Part shown: positions 1-9,830 of the stretch, one piece after another
How the letters are laid out: every line of letters begins with the position of its first letter
How positions within the stretch are numbered: the stretch's first letter is position 1
Assembly: GCA_963768295.1 (NCBI GenBank)
Contig: CAVYHN010000016.1
Span: forward strand, 15,803-79,802
Direction: 5' to 3'
DNA: 64,000 bases
Source: an uncultured Gammaproteobacteria bacterium
Lineage (GTDB): Bacteria; Pseudomonadota; Gammaproteobacteria; GCA-001735895
Program-made: the position numbers and the translations under genes
The notes under the pieces: generated by a model
What the model was told of the DNA's origin: nothing
The model's database searches: none
The model's input: only the letters and a program-made list of their open reading frames with translations

Positions 1-2
1 CG

Positions 3-158
3 GTAATACTACCGTTCGCGCTGGGATTGCTCTGGATCGTATCGCCGGCGCTGGTTTTCATCATCGGCGCGCTGTTCGCATTTGCCTCGCTGATGCTGTC
101 GCAAATGGTGCCGGGTGCGCCGGAACGGGGTATGGAAACGGTTTTCTCGCACGGCTGA
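3..158 (+). CDS. 3' end of a membrane-protein CDS (partial, runs off the window start)
   Basis: Open frame from position 3 to the TGA at 156-158. Hand translation gives a hydrophobic tail, VILPFALGLLWIVSPALVFIIGALFAFASLMLSQMVPGAPERGMETVFSHG*. No family recognised. Confidence 0.3.
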   Translation, partial: VILPFALGLLWIVSPALVFIIGALFAFASLMLSQMVPGAPERGMETVFSHG

Positions 159-303
159 GAGACGGGCGTTCCCCAGGTCTACCGGCAATCGGATTGAATT
201 CCTGTTAACGGTCTGAACCAGCCTGGCTTATCATCTGGCGCAGTCTGCGCTCAGGGTAAAATGATCCAGCGCGATGGCGTGCAACAGAAAAGGGAGAAAC
301 AAT

Positions 304-1095
304 ATGTCGACCAAACGACTGCAAGACCGGGTGTGCATCGTGACCGGCGCCGCTTCGGGAATCGGCCGGGCCATCGCCATCCTGTTTGCCGCTGAAGGCG
401 CGCAGGTCGTCATCCTCGATCCCCGGGAGGAACCGATCGAGGGTGGTGAATCGACGCTGGAATGCATCCAGCGGGCGGGTGAGAGGGCGAAAGCATACCC
501 GGTCGACGTATCGGACTGGGAGCAGTTAGATCGTGCGGTTACTGAAGTCATCGACGCCTTTGGCGCCTTGCACGTTATGGTCAACAACGCCGCGATTTAC
601 ACCGGCACAAACTTGCTGGAAACCACGCAACAGGACTGGGACCGGGTCATGGCCGTCAATCTGCGTGGTGTTTTCAACGGCTGCAAGCGCGCAGTGCAGC
701 AAATGCTGACGCAGGAGCCGGTGGGCGAAGCGCGCGGCCGTATCGTCAATATTTCCTCCCAGCACGGCATGATTGCCTGCCCGGGTGATATCGCCTACGG
801 GGTCAGCAAGGCCGGCTCGGTCTATATCACGCGTCAGATTGCGGCGGATTATGCGGCGCAGGGAATCATCTGCAACGCCGTAGCGCCCGGCAAGATCCTG
901 ACCGGCCGCACAGATGCGATCGACGAAGCTTCGATGCACTATGCGCGCTCGCGTACCCCGATGGCGGGGGCGCCGCTGGCTCGACTGGGCAAGCCCACGG
1001 ACGTCGCCAGCGCGGCCCTGTTTCTGGCCAGCGATGAATGCACCTATGTCAACGGCGCCAACCTGATGGTCGACGGCGGCTGGAGCGCGGCCTGA
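304..1095 (+). CDS. short-chain dehydrogenase/reductase (SDR) family oxidoreductase
   Basis: N-terminal Rossmann motif TGAASGIGRAIA, NNAAI and YxxxK (YGVSKAG) catalytic motifs, ~263 aa. RBS AAAGGGAGA before the ATG at 304. The listed ORF starts 30 nt upstream, but the MSTKRL start fits SDR N-termini. Confidence 0.85.
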   Translation: MSTKRLQDRVCIVTGAASGIGRAIAILFAAEGAQVVILDPREEPIEGGESTLECIQRAGERAKAYPVDVSDWEQLDRAVTEVIDAFGALHVMVNNAAIYTGTNLLETTQQDWDRVMAVNLRGVFNGCKRAVQQMLTQEPVGEARGRIVNISSQHGMIACPGDIAYGVSKAGSVYITRQIAADYAAQGIICNAVAPGKILTGRTDAIDEASMHYARSRTPMAGAPLARLGKPTDVASAALFLASDECTYVNGANLMVDGGWSAA

Positions 1096-1188
1096 AGCGA
1101 GGAAAAAGTTACGCGCCGGTTCGTGCGGGGCGCGAAATGATTGCCCGGATCTAAGGCTGCAAGGCCTTCCGAAACCGCTGCCGGGGGT

Positions 1189-3444
1189 TCATTTTTGAGA
1201 CATGTTGATGACCCAGGGTGCCTCAGGTAACGAATCTGCCCGCAGCCGCTGCTGGCATTGGGTTGCGTAGAAGCGCGCAGGACCGTCGTGCGGAAAAGTC
1301 TTCAGTATCGATTTGAATACCTTCGACGCCGCTTTCCAGTTGGCGGCCAGGAACAATTCGATTCCGCTTGCGAAGCGCTCGCATAATTCGGTTTGTTGCC
1401 CGGTCGCCTCGCTCGTCAGGCTGAGTATCTCGAAGATCGGCAGCGCCTCGGTTTTTCCGACAAAAACAAATTGCCCGATCGGGCGCAGCAGCAACCCGTC
1501 GATGCCCTCGATGGTCGATGCGGTGGCGAGAACCTGCGAGCCCACGTGCTTGTTCAGGCCCTCGATACGTGACGCCGTGTTGGCACAATCACCGACGATG
1601 CTGTAGACGAAATGACCGCCTCCCCCGGAATGCCCGACGTAAACCTCGCCGGTCTCGAGGCCGATACGCAGTGAGGTCTCGAAAGCATCGTGCCTGGCCT
1701 TGAAGTCTTCGATCGCATCTGCGGCCTGCAGCGAGGCGAGGATGGGTTTGCGGCGTATCTCGGGATCCGATTCATCGCCGGTCCAGGCGCACATGATGGC
1801 ATCGGCACGAAACTCGGTCACGGTCACGTCATGATCACTCAAAGGCCTGGCCAGGGTATCGAAATAATCGTTTAAAAATTCGGCCAGCTCTCCCGGCCGC
1901 ATGTGTTCGGCGATGGTGGAGAAACCTTGCATATCGGTCGCGAGGCAGGTGCTGAAGGTGACCTGGTCGATATTTTCCGGTTTCAATTCGTTGCTGGTCA
2001 GGGCCCTGGATACCTCGGCCGGAACGTACAGACTGATCGCCTCGCTGATGTGCTTGACCTTGTGACGTTGCTGCAGGTACTGGGCTAACAGGCCGACAAT
2101 CAACGCCAGCGGAAACTGCAGCAGTATTGGCGTGGCCAGGGGCAGCCATAGCTGGTTACCGTCGAACTGGACTTGCGCATGATAGGCGTAAACTGCAGCC
2201 ACAACGATGGACGCGGGTACGCCCAGGCTGGCCGGAGTGAAGTAGATCACCATGGTGATCAACAGGCCGAAGCAAAACAGGATTGCGAGCGTCATGATTG
2301 CGTCCGGACTTTGTAGCGATTCGTCGTGTAGCAGGTTGCCGAACGCGGTCGCTGCTATTTCGACGCCGCTCAAATCGATACTGTTTTCATCGGTGAACAC
2401 CGTATAAAAGCGATCCGGTTGTCCCGGGTCGTACAGATCCGAGAAGCCGACGAAGACAACCTGGTTGGTCAAATCCAGCTGATCGGCGCTGATGTTCTGA
2501 TCAGGCCCCCTGATGATGGCATGGTAGGGCACGGTTCTTATGGTCCCCGGCGGTCCGTAAAAGTTGAGGTAGCGCTCGTTGCTGCCGGTATACATGGCCA
2601 CCAGTGCGTGCAGCAGGCGCCTGGTTTCCGCGGACTCGGCGGTAACCCAGGGTTGTGCAAGTTCCGCGCTAAGATTGTCGACGAGGGTTGGCCGGTCGCT
2701 GATGACACCGCGAATTCCGGTCATCAATCCGGCCAGGTCAGCGGCGGTAGATATCTGCGCAGCCGATTCGGGCAACTCGATATGTGTTGCCAGACCGCTA
2801 CTGTCGAGTAGGCGTCTAAACGGGGCATAGGCTTTCAGCGCGTGCAGCTGGAAGCCGACCGCGGGCATTGTCGGCACTTCGCGCGCGCTGCTTTTGAATA
2901 CCCAGAATTCATGCACCGCGGCCTCGAGCTTGGGCAACGGAAATGGTCCCAGGCCCCTGGCCGCCTCGGCCAGTGGGGCTACCGGGGAAAGCAGTTCCTC
3001 GACCCAGACGCTGCCGCGGATTTTACCCGAGCTGTCTTCGATTGGTTGTCGTTTGCCGGTCAGGTGCTGAAACAGGACCACGCGCTCGGAGCGTCTGACC
3101 GATTCGGCAAATAATTGCTCGTCCATGACGGATCTCGGCTTGTGAAAATCGATATCGAATACAATTGTCGAGGCACCCCTTTCAACCAGGCCATCGACCA
3201 GCTTGCCGTGGATGGAGCGTGGCCATTCGCGTGGCAAATCCGAAATATCCAGGCGCCCGCCGGTCAAGCCATCGATAGCGATGACGGTAACCCCGGCCGG
3301 GGCCTCGATCGCGCCGCGGATATGGAACAGCCAGTCCAGTCCGATACTGCGTTCGAACAGGGTGCCGTAGGACGACAGGCCGAGCAGGCTGCCGGCAAAT
3401 CCTATCGCCCAGCCCAGCAGCAGGCCTTTAAAAAGGCGCCGCAT
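1189..3444 (-). CDS. CHASE2 sensor domain-containing adenylate/guanylate cyclase
   Basis: 751 aa. The N-terminal ~400 aa have a CHASE2-like periplasmic sensor architecture flanked by TM segments (LLLGWAIGFAGSLL; ILFCFGLLITMVIYF...). The C-terminus carries a class III nucleotidyl cyclase domain (FSTCLATDMQGFSTIAEH...VGDCANTASRIEGL). Confidence 0.8.
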   Translation of the reverse strand: MRRLFKGLLLGWAIGFAGSLLGLSSYGTLFERSIGLDWLFHIRGAIEAPAGVTVIAIDGLTGGRLDISDLPREWPRSIHGKLVDGLVERGASTIVFDIDFHKPRSVMDEQLFAESVRRSERVVLFQHLTGKRQPIEDSSGKIRGSVWVEELLSPVAPLAEAARGLGPFPLPKLEAAVHEFWVFKSSAREVPTMPAVGFQLHALKAYAPFRRLLDSSGLATHIELPESAAQISTAADLAGLMTGIRGVISDRPTLVDNLSAELAQPWVTAESAETRRLLHALVAMYTGSNERYLNFYGPPGTIRTVPYHAIIRGPDQNISADQLDLTNQVVFVGFSDLYDPGQPDRFYTVFTDENSIDLSGVEIAATAFGNLLHDESLQSPDAIMTLAILFCFGLLITMVIYFTPASLGVPASIVVAAVYAYHAQVQFDGNQLWLPLATPILLQFPLALIVGLLAQYLQQRHKVKHISEAISLYVPAEVSRALTSNELKPENIDQVTFSTCLATDMQGFSTIAEHMRPGELAEFLNDYFDTLARPLSDHDVTVTEFRADAIMCAWTGDESDPEIRRKPILASLQAADAIEDFKARHDAFETSLRIGLETGEVYVGHSGGGGHFVYSIVGDCANTASRIEGLNKHVGSQVLATASTIEGIDGLLLRPIGQFVFVGKTEALPIFEILSLTSEATGQQTELCERFASGIELFLAANWKAASKVFKSILKTFPHDGPARFYATQCQQRLRADSLPEAPWVINMSQK

Positions 3445-3590
3445 AAGCCCTAGGGGTTATAAGGTTTACTGTCTTTCTTATTTTCACGGCAATCGAATCT
3501 ACCCTATCTGCGGGTTTAAATCAGCTTCGATCAGGAATTTGTTTATTTGACCCATTCTGGGGCTGGCATGCTTTATTTCGGGGACTTTGG

Positions 3591-6500
3591 GTGCGGCAAC
3601 TTGAGCCAGGTTGTTTTTGCCAGGTGATGAGTATAGGATTGGGTGTCAAAATAATGACAAATCCAGATCATAGCAACAATAACAATGGATCGGTCGCAAA
3701 AAAGAAAATTGAGGGTGGGGTCATGAGCGTTAAACAGGTACCCAGCGATTCTGGGGATGTGCCATCGGTTTCATGCTGGCCTGAATCAAGGCTGTTTTTC
3801 GTGGTGCTATTCCTGTTTTTTGCATTAACTTTGAGCGGCAAGGCCCGGGCCGAATGCACCGAGGCCGTCGGCCAGTTCGTCGATATTCATGGCGAGGTCG
3901 AAACCCAGGCCGAGGACGGTGGTGACTGGGCTAGCGCCACCATAAAGACCGCGCTGTGCGAAGGCAGTTCGATCAGGGTCGGCGAACAGAGCCGCGCCGC
4001 CATCGCGCTGATCAACGACGCCGTGCTGCGGATCGACGAGAATACCACGATGCGCCTGGTGGATATAGTCGAGGGAGAGGCAGAAGAAGAGCGTTCCCTG
4101 CTCGATATCATCAAGGGCGCGATCCATTCGTTCAGCCGCAAGCCCAGAAAGTTATCGATCAATTCCCCTTATCTGAATGGCTCCATCGAGGGAACCGAGT
4201 TTGTCTTCCGCGTTACCGATGAGCAGTCGGAAATAACCGTATTCGAAGGCACGGTCGTGGCCGCCAACGATCAGGGCAGCGTCGCGGTTTCCGGCGGCGA
4301 AGCAGTCAGCGCCGGCCAGGGGCAGGCACCGCAAGCGCGCACCGTGGTGCGACCGCGCGATGCCGCGCATTGGTCGTTGTACTACCCACCCGTTTTCGCA
4401 ACCGGCGGCGACCAGGCCGCGGATGTTTCAACCGAACTGCGACAGGCGGCGGATGACCTCGCGGCTGGCCGGGTCGACCAGGCACTTCCGAAACTCGACC
4501 AGGCCATTGCTGCAGGCACGAATGCCGGGCTTGCCTATGCATTGCGTGCGGTGATCAACGTGGTACAGAATCAACTCGATGCGGCGCTTGCCGATGCCAG
4601 GCAGGCGGTGGCGTCGAGTCCCGACAGTGCCGCCGCCCTTGTTGCCCTGTCGTACGCGCTACAGGCCGGCTTCCAGATTAACGAGGCCCGCGACACGCTG
4701 CTGCAGGCCGTGGCGAAGCAACCCGAAGATGCGCTTGCGTGGGCGCGACTGGCGGAATTGCAGCTCATGCTCGGGGACAAACAGCAGGCGTCTGAAGCCG
4801 CGCAACGGGCAGTCACGCTGGCGCCGGACCTCGGCAGAACGCAAATTACGCTCGGTTTTACGGCGTTGGCCGAGTTCCGTGCGGAGGATGCGCGAGCTGC
4901 ATTCGAAAAAGCGATCGTGCTCGATTCGGCCGATCCCTTGCCGCATCTCGGCCTCGGTCTCGCCAAAATCAGTGCCGGCGAACTCGAGCAGGGGCGCGCG
5001 GATATCGAGGTCGCGGTCGGACTCGGATCCAACGATGCCCTGTTGCGCGCCTACCTCGGCAAGGCCTACTTCGAAGAAAAACGTGCGCCGCTGGATAGCC
5101 GGCAGTTCGATATCGCGAAACAGCTGGATCCCAATGATCCGACCGCCTGGTTGTATAGCGCTATCGCCAAGCAGACACAAAACCGCCCGGTCGAGGCCGC
5201 ACAAGACCTGGAGCAATCGATCGCGCTGAATGATAACCGTGCGACCTACCGGGGCCGCTTACTGCTTGACAAGGACCGGGCCGCACGGGGATCTTCGCTG
5301 GCACGTGTCTTTAAGGATCTGGGCTTTAATCAAACAGGTATAGCTGAATCGACCAAGTCGCTCGGCGCGGATCCCGCCAATGCTTCGGCACATCGCTTCC
5401 TGTCCGACTCCTATCGTGAAACTTCACACCGTACCGAAATTTCACGAGTCAGCGAATTGCTACAGGCCCAGATGCTGCAGGATCTGAATATCAATCCCGT
5501 TCAACCCAGTATTAGCGCTACAAACTTGAATATCGTGACGGCCGGGGGGCCTTCTGCGGCGGGGTTCAATGAATTTACCCCGTTGTTCGAGCAAAATCGG
5601 ACTCAGCTTAACGCCAGCCTAATGGCTGGAAATAACGAGACGAGAGGCGGAGAGGCGGTTATATCGACGGTGTATGATCGCTTTTCAATCAGTGGCGGCG
5701 CTTTCGACTTCGAAACTGACGGTTTCCGACCCAACAACGATACCTCTCACCAAATATCGGGGCTCTTTGCTCAATGGGCCGTATCACCGACGGTAAATCT
5801 CCAGGCTGAAGTCGGCCGGCGAGAGACCGAGTATGGCGATATCGCCATGCACTTTGATCCGGATGATTTCGATTCGACCTCCAGACGCACTCTGGATGTC
5901 GACACTGAGCGGGTAGGGATGCGTATCGCACCGAATAATAATTCCACAATATTACTGTCAGCCATCCGCGCAGATCGCGATGGCTTTGCCCACCAGGAGG
6001 AAGAGCTGGAGCTGTTTCCCGGATTCAGTCTTGATATCGTTTTTGACGGGTTGCTGGATGAGGAAGTTACCCAATACGACGTGGCGTATATCTACCATCA
6101 GTCAGGTTTCAATTTCACGACGGGCGTCGCCTATACCGAGAGTGATCGTCTTGATACATTTACCTTTTCTGATGTGCCAGTCGCGTTTTTTGATGATCTG
6201 GAAACTGAACAGATTGATCTTGTAGACGCGCGCGTTTACGTCTACGGCAACATCACATTATTACCGGGCGTAGTTGGTACGGTTGGTCTCAGCTACCAGG
6301 ACTACGATCAGGATCAGGTGTATAACTATACAGACCAGACAGGTTTTCTTCCGCCGTCTTCTGCTGAATCTGACCTGGACTTTGACGAGGTTAACCCTAA
6401 GCTCGGGATTCGCGCTGAAGTCATGGATAACCTGGAGCTGCGGGCGTCTTATTTCGAGGTCGTCAAGCCGGCCTTGTCGAGTAACCGCACGCTGGAGCCG

Positions 6501-7139
6501 ACCCAGGTGGCCGGCTTCAACCAGTTCTTTGATGACCCCAACGGGACCAAGTCGAAGCGCTACGGCCTGGGTCTGGACGGGAAAGCGTCCTCGACCTTCA
6601 GCTACGGCGTGGAGCTCACCCGTCGGGAGATCGAAGGACTGGTCAGCCCGCTCGGCGCCGAACCGTTTTTCGAGGACAGGGATGAGTGGCTGCACCGCGC
6701 CTACGCCTACTGGACCCCCGTCGACAGACTGGCCGTGGATTTCAGCCTGGAATATGACCGTTCCGAAAACCAGGACGATTCGGCGGTTTCAGGCGTAAGG
6801 CCGACCCAGGTCGATACCCACAGTTTTCCTGTTTCGATACGGTATTTTCATCCTGGAGGTACTTTCGTGGGAGTCAGGACCACCTATGTCGACCAGAAGG
6901 TTGAGGCGGAAAGCGATTATCAATACCAGACAGGCAGCAGTAATTTCACGCTTGTCGACCTGGTGGTTGGATACCGCTTACCGAAGCGAAAAGGCATCAT
7001 GAGTCTCAGTTTCCAGAATGTGTTCGACGAGGAATTCGATTATCTCGACGACAGTTACCGGTCTTTTCAGGACGAGCCGAGCGCCGGGCCGTATATTCCA
7101 GATAGCAGCGTTATGGGACGACTGACGTTAAGTTTTTAA
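3591..7139 (+). CDS. giant outer-membrane protein: signal peptide + FecR domain + TPR repeats + C-terminal β-barrel
   Basis: 1182-aa ORF. Signal peptide FFVVLFLFFALTLSGKARA. A FecR-like domain (IRVGEQSRAAIALINDAVLRIDENTTMRLVD...TEFVFRVTDEQSEITVFEGTVVAANDQGSVAVSGGEAV) is followed by many TPR-like Ala/Leu-rich repeats (aa ~300-560). The C-terminal ~600 aa are rich in alternating hydrophobic/aromatic β-strands and end in ...GRLTLSF (terminal Phe, OMP signature). True start is uncertain: ATGs at 3591, 3627, 3654 and 3723 are all possible. Confidence 0.7.
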   Translation: MRQLEPGCFCQVMSIGLGVKIMTNPDHSNNNNGSVAKKKIEGGVMSVKQVPSDSGDVPSVSCWPESRLFFVVLFLFFALTLSGKARAECTEAVGQFVDIHGEVETQAEDGGDWASATIKTALCEGSSIRVGEQSRAAIALINDAVLRIDENTTMRLVDIVEGEAEEERSLLDIIKGAIHSFSRKPRKLSINSPYLNGSIEGTEFVFRVTDEQSEITVFEGTVVAANDQGSVAVSGGEAVSAGQGQAPQARTVVRPRDAAHWSLYYPPVFATGGDQAADVSTELRQAADDLAAGRVDQALPKLDQAIAAGTNAGLAYALRAVINVVQNQLDAALADARQAVASSPDSAAALVALSYALQAGFQINEARDTLLQAVAKQPEDALAWARLAELQLMLGDKQQASEAAQRAVTLAPDLGRTQITLGFTALAEFRAEDARAAFEKAIVLDSADPLPHLGLGLAKISAGELEQGRADIEVAVGLGSNDALLRAYLGKAYFEEKRAPLDSRQFDIAKQLDPNDPTAWLYSAIAKQTQNRPVEAAQDLEQSIALNDNRATYRGRLLLDKDRAARGSSLARVFKDLGFNQTGIAESTKSLGADPANASAHRFLSDSYRETSHRTEISRVSELLQAQMLQDLNINPVQPSISATNLNIVTAGGPSAAGFNEFTPLFEQNRTQLNASLMAGNNETRGGEAVISTVYDRFSISGGAFDFETDGFRPNNDTSHQISGLFAQWAVSPTVNLQAEVGRRETEYGDIAMHFDPDDFDSTSRRTLDVDTERVGMRIAPNNNSTILLSAIRADRDGFAHQEEELELFPGFSLDIVFDGLLDEEVTQYDVAYIYHQSGFNFTTGVAYTESDRLDTFTFSDVPVAFFDDLETEQIDLVDARVYVYGNITLLPGVVGTVGLSYQDYDQDQVYNYTDQTGFLPPSSAESDLDFDEVNPKLGIRAEVMDNLELRASYFEVVKPALSSNRTLEPTQVAGFNQFFDDPNGTKSKRYGLGLDGKASSTFSYGVELTRREIEGLVSPLGAEPFFEDRDEWLHRAYAYWTPVDRLAVDFSLEYDRSENQDDSAVSGVRPTQVDTHSFPVSIRYFHPGGTFVGVRTTYVDQKVEAESDYQYQTGSSNFTLVDLVVGYRLPKRKGIMSLSFQNVFDEEFDYLDDSYRSFQDEPSAGPYIPDSSVMGRLTLSF

Positions 7140-7216
7140 AATTAAGGCAATGCATAAATAACCAAAACGGACATTTCAATACCAAATTTATTTGAACCGA
7201 AGAGGGGTACCTATAC

Positions 7217-8227
7217 ATGAACAGAGTAATAAAATATTGCGGGCTGATTGGCTTTGCTGCGATTTTCGGATTGTCGAACGTTGCATTTGCAGCGTGTACC
7301 TTCGACCCTGATGTTACCAGCCCTTTTTCAGTCCCGGACGGGGTATCTGATCTCAGCGGGCAGGGTAATTTTACCTGTGCCGACTTTATCGGTTCCGGCG
7401 GAGTAGCCATGACCGAGGTGACTGGCGTCGTTTTTGAGCGAGACGGCGACTGGATATTGCCCGAATCCGCGCGGATTACAGAGAACGGTTTTGTGACTAA
7501 TACCCCGGATCAGATCGTGCTGTTTCCACAGGGTAACGGTTCCCGCTGTAATTTCTCATACCTCAGGAACAATGCGGTACAAGGGACGGGTCTGGGTATC
7601 GGGGGCAATGTCGACAGAAATGACTCGGTTGCCTGTACCGATGGAATTGTTAATTCCGAAGAGGCCCCTCCTCTTCCCGAACCCGATCTTGTAACCACAA
7701 CAGATGCGTGCACGGTCACACTGGATGCATTCTTGCCTAGTGGTGGGACGGTTGATGAAGGTGACTTCACTTACTTCACTGGTTCGAACCTGGACGGAAC
7801 CATACAGGCTATCTGTAGTGCCGATGGTACTCCTCAGAATGAATGCGTGCGGGGATGCCCCAAGTTCAGAAATATCGAAGCATTGCAGGATGCGGGTTAC
7901 TGCCATGCTAATGCCGATGGCTCGATTCCACTGGAGGATACGAATATACCTTCTGCTTTCGATGAATATACCGATGACAAGCGTTGTACGCCCTGTCTGA
8001 CGGCAGCCCAGGCCGAATCAGATCCGGAACTCTCGGGCTTCGATACCGGTGGGCTGAAGCTTTGCTGGGAGTACACGAATAGTGTGGGTAATTTCACTTA
8101 CAGGTCCCACAAGCCGGTACGGTCGCAAACCACCGAGACCGATCTATTTAATGAATGTTACCAAACCACAACCACGGTCAACTTTTTCGGCAGGGAGATT
8201 ACCAAGACAATCACCACCTGCGACTAG
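7217..8227 (+). CDS. secreted cysteine-rich protein of unknown function (possible lipoprotein)
   Basis: Signal peptide MNRVIKYCGLIGFAAIFGLSNVAFAAC, cleaved by SPase I at AFA/A or lipidated at the Cys. About 16 Cys over 336 aa, Thr/Asp/Gly-rich, no recognisable catalytic motif. It lies 77 nt downstream of the giant FecR-TPR-barrel gene and is followed by a strong terminator. Confidence 0.6.
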   Translation: MNRVIKYCGLIGFAAIFGLSNVAFAACTFDPDVTSPFSVPDGVSDLSGQGNFTCADFIGSGGVAMTEVTGVVFERDGDWILPESARITENGFVTNTPDQIVLFPQGNGSRCNFSYLRNNAVQGTGLGIGGNVDRNDSVACTDGIVNSEEAPPLPEPDLVTTTDACTVTLDAFLPSGGTVDEGDFTYFTGSNLDGTIQAICSADGTPQNECVRGCPKFRNIEALQDAGYCHANADGSIPLEDTNIPSAFDEYTDDKRCTPCLTAAQAESDPELSGFDTGGLKLCWEYTNSVGNFTYRSHKPVRSQTTETDLFNECYQTTTTVNFFGREITKTITTCD

Positions 8228-8312
8228 AAGTGTGGTTTTAAAGTACAATATTGCAGGTTGTATAAATGGAATCGAAACCGGAATCGAAGACACCTGATCG
8301 ACTCTAGCTACA

Positions 8313-8338
8313 GGGCCCCGCGAGGGGCCCTTTTTATT
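8313..8338 (+). terminator. rho-independent terminator
   Basis: GGGCCCCGCGAGGGGCCC perfect hairpin followed by TTTTTATTT. Confidence 0.7.
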
Positions 8339-8509
8339 TACTAGTCCCGATATAATTGGATTCGTATTCCCATGAGTGGGCCAAAAGGTATAAAGGGTCG
8401 GTGAAAAATGCGATTTATTTAGATTTGTCGCTGGGCGCTTTTTTTATTTTTCGGATGCGAATGTAAAGGAAGTTTGGCGCTTCCCCTCTTTATATTGTTG
8501 TCGATATTG

Positions 8510-9379
8510 CTAGGGCGAAACGACGCAACGATTGCTGAGGATGCCGAGACCCTCGATTTCGACCGCAACCTCGTCGCCCGCCTGCAACCAGATCGGTGGA
8601 TCGCGAAACGCGCCGACGCCATGCGGGGTGCCAGTGGCGATGATGTCCCCGGGCAGCAGGGTGAAAGCCGCACTGAGGTACTCGATCAGGTAGGGGATGT
8701 CGTAAATCATTTCGCGGGTGTTCGAGTCCTGCATGACCTGGTCGTTAAGCCAGCATTTGATCGACAGCCGGTGCGGGTCCGGGATTTCATCGCGTGTCAC
8801 GAGGTAGGGGCCGAGCGGGCAAAAAGTATCCAGGCATTTGCCGCGCAGCCACTGGTCGCCGGGCTTGAACTGCAGGTCGCGCGCGCTGACGTCGTTGCAA
8901 TTCATGTATCCGGCGACATAGTCATAGGCGACCTCGGCATCGACGTTGCGCGCGGTCTTGCCGATAACCACGGCGAGCTCGGCCTCGTAGTCGACCTGGT
9001 CGGTGAGGTCGGTGGACCAGCGGATGTCTTCACCGCTGCCAATCACGGCCGACGGATACTTGCAAAACATCGTCGCCAGTTCGGGCACGCCGATATCGGC
9101 CTCGCGAATGTGGTCCATGTAGTTCAGGCCGATGGCGACGATCTTGCTGGGATTGGGCACCGGCGATAGCAGCCTGGCGGAATCGAGCGGCAGTTCGCCA
9201 GCGGCATTCTCCAGTGCTGCACGCGCGGTTTGCATCGCCGCCCCACCGAGCTGCAGAAAACGCAGCATATCGTCCGGCAGCGTGCCGCCGCTGGCCTCGC
9301 TCAAATTGATGATCTGATCGTCCCTGACCGCGCCGAGATGAACCCGGTTATCGGATACCTGATAGCTGACCAGTTTCAT
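8510..9379 (-). CDS. fumarylacetoacetate hydrolase (FAH) family protein (2-keto-4-pentenoate hydratase / HpcE-like)
   Basis: 289 aa. FAH-family signature regions: IVAIGLNYMDHIRE, DYEAELAVVIGK, CLDTFCPLGPYLVT. Confidence 0.8.
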   Translation of the reverse strand: MKLVSYQVSDNRVHLGAVRDDQIINLSEASGGTLPDDMLRFLQLGGAAMQTARAALENAAGELPLDSARLLSPVPNPSKIVAIGLNYMDHIREADIGVPELATMFCKYPSAVIGSGEDIRWSTDLTDQVDYEAELAVVIGKTARNVDAEVAYDYVAGYMNCNDVSARDLQFKPGDQWLRGKCLDTFCPLGPYLVTRDEIPDPHRLSIKCWLNDQVMQDSNTREMIYDIPYLIEYLSAAFTLLPGDIIATGTPHGVGAFRDPPIWLQAGDEVAVEIEGLGILSNRCVVSP

Positions 9380-9830
9380 ATCGATTTGCTCCCTGGGTTA
9401 CCGCCCGCATGTGCGCGTAAACGATGCGACCTGCGACAGTTTCGTGAAAAATGCCGCAGGGGTTTATGATTGTCGGCCGCGCCGCTGATAATGAGGGCGT
9501 CTTACGCCGGATAGTGTATTGAAATTCCAGCCTAAATCTATCACTCAATGGTTACGTTAGTTCTTTGCCGACAGCGGGTTGGTCGGTGGCCTGAATGCGT
9601 TACCCGTTACCACGGTAACGGTTCACATCGGCGGTAACGTCGCGCTGCTGGAGCTGGCGGAGAACCGTTTGTATGACGTCAGGCTGGCAATGATGTCGCC
9701 ACCGCGGCCGCAGTCTGCGAGAATTGCCGTGCTTGTGATCGACGATGAAACCTTGGTCAAACTGCATTGTGAGCGCGCCAGCCGCAATAAATTGAACAGC
9801 ACGGTCGTTATTCGCGGAAATGTAGATACT

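Noticed and set aside
231-939. ORFs 231..587(-) and 526..939(-) antisense to the SDR gene
   Set aside because: They lie wholly inside a well-supported CDS on the other strand. Their translations are Arg/Ala/Ser-rich low-complexity sequence, typical of GC-rich antisense frames.
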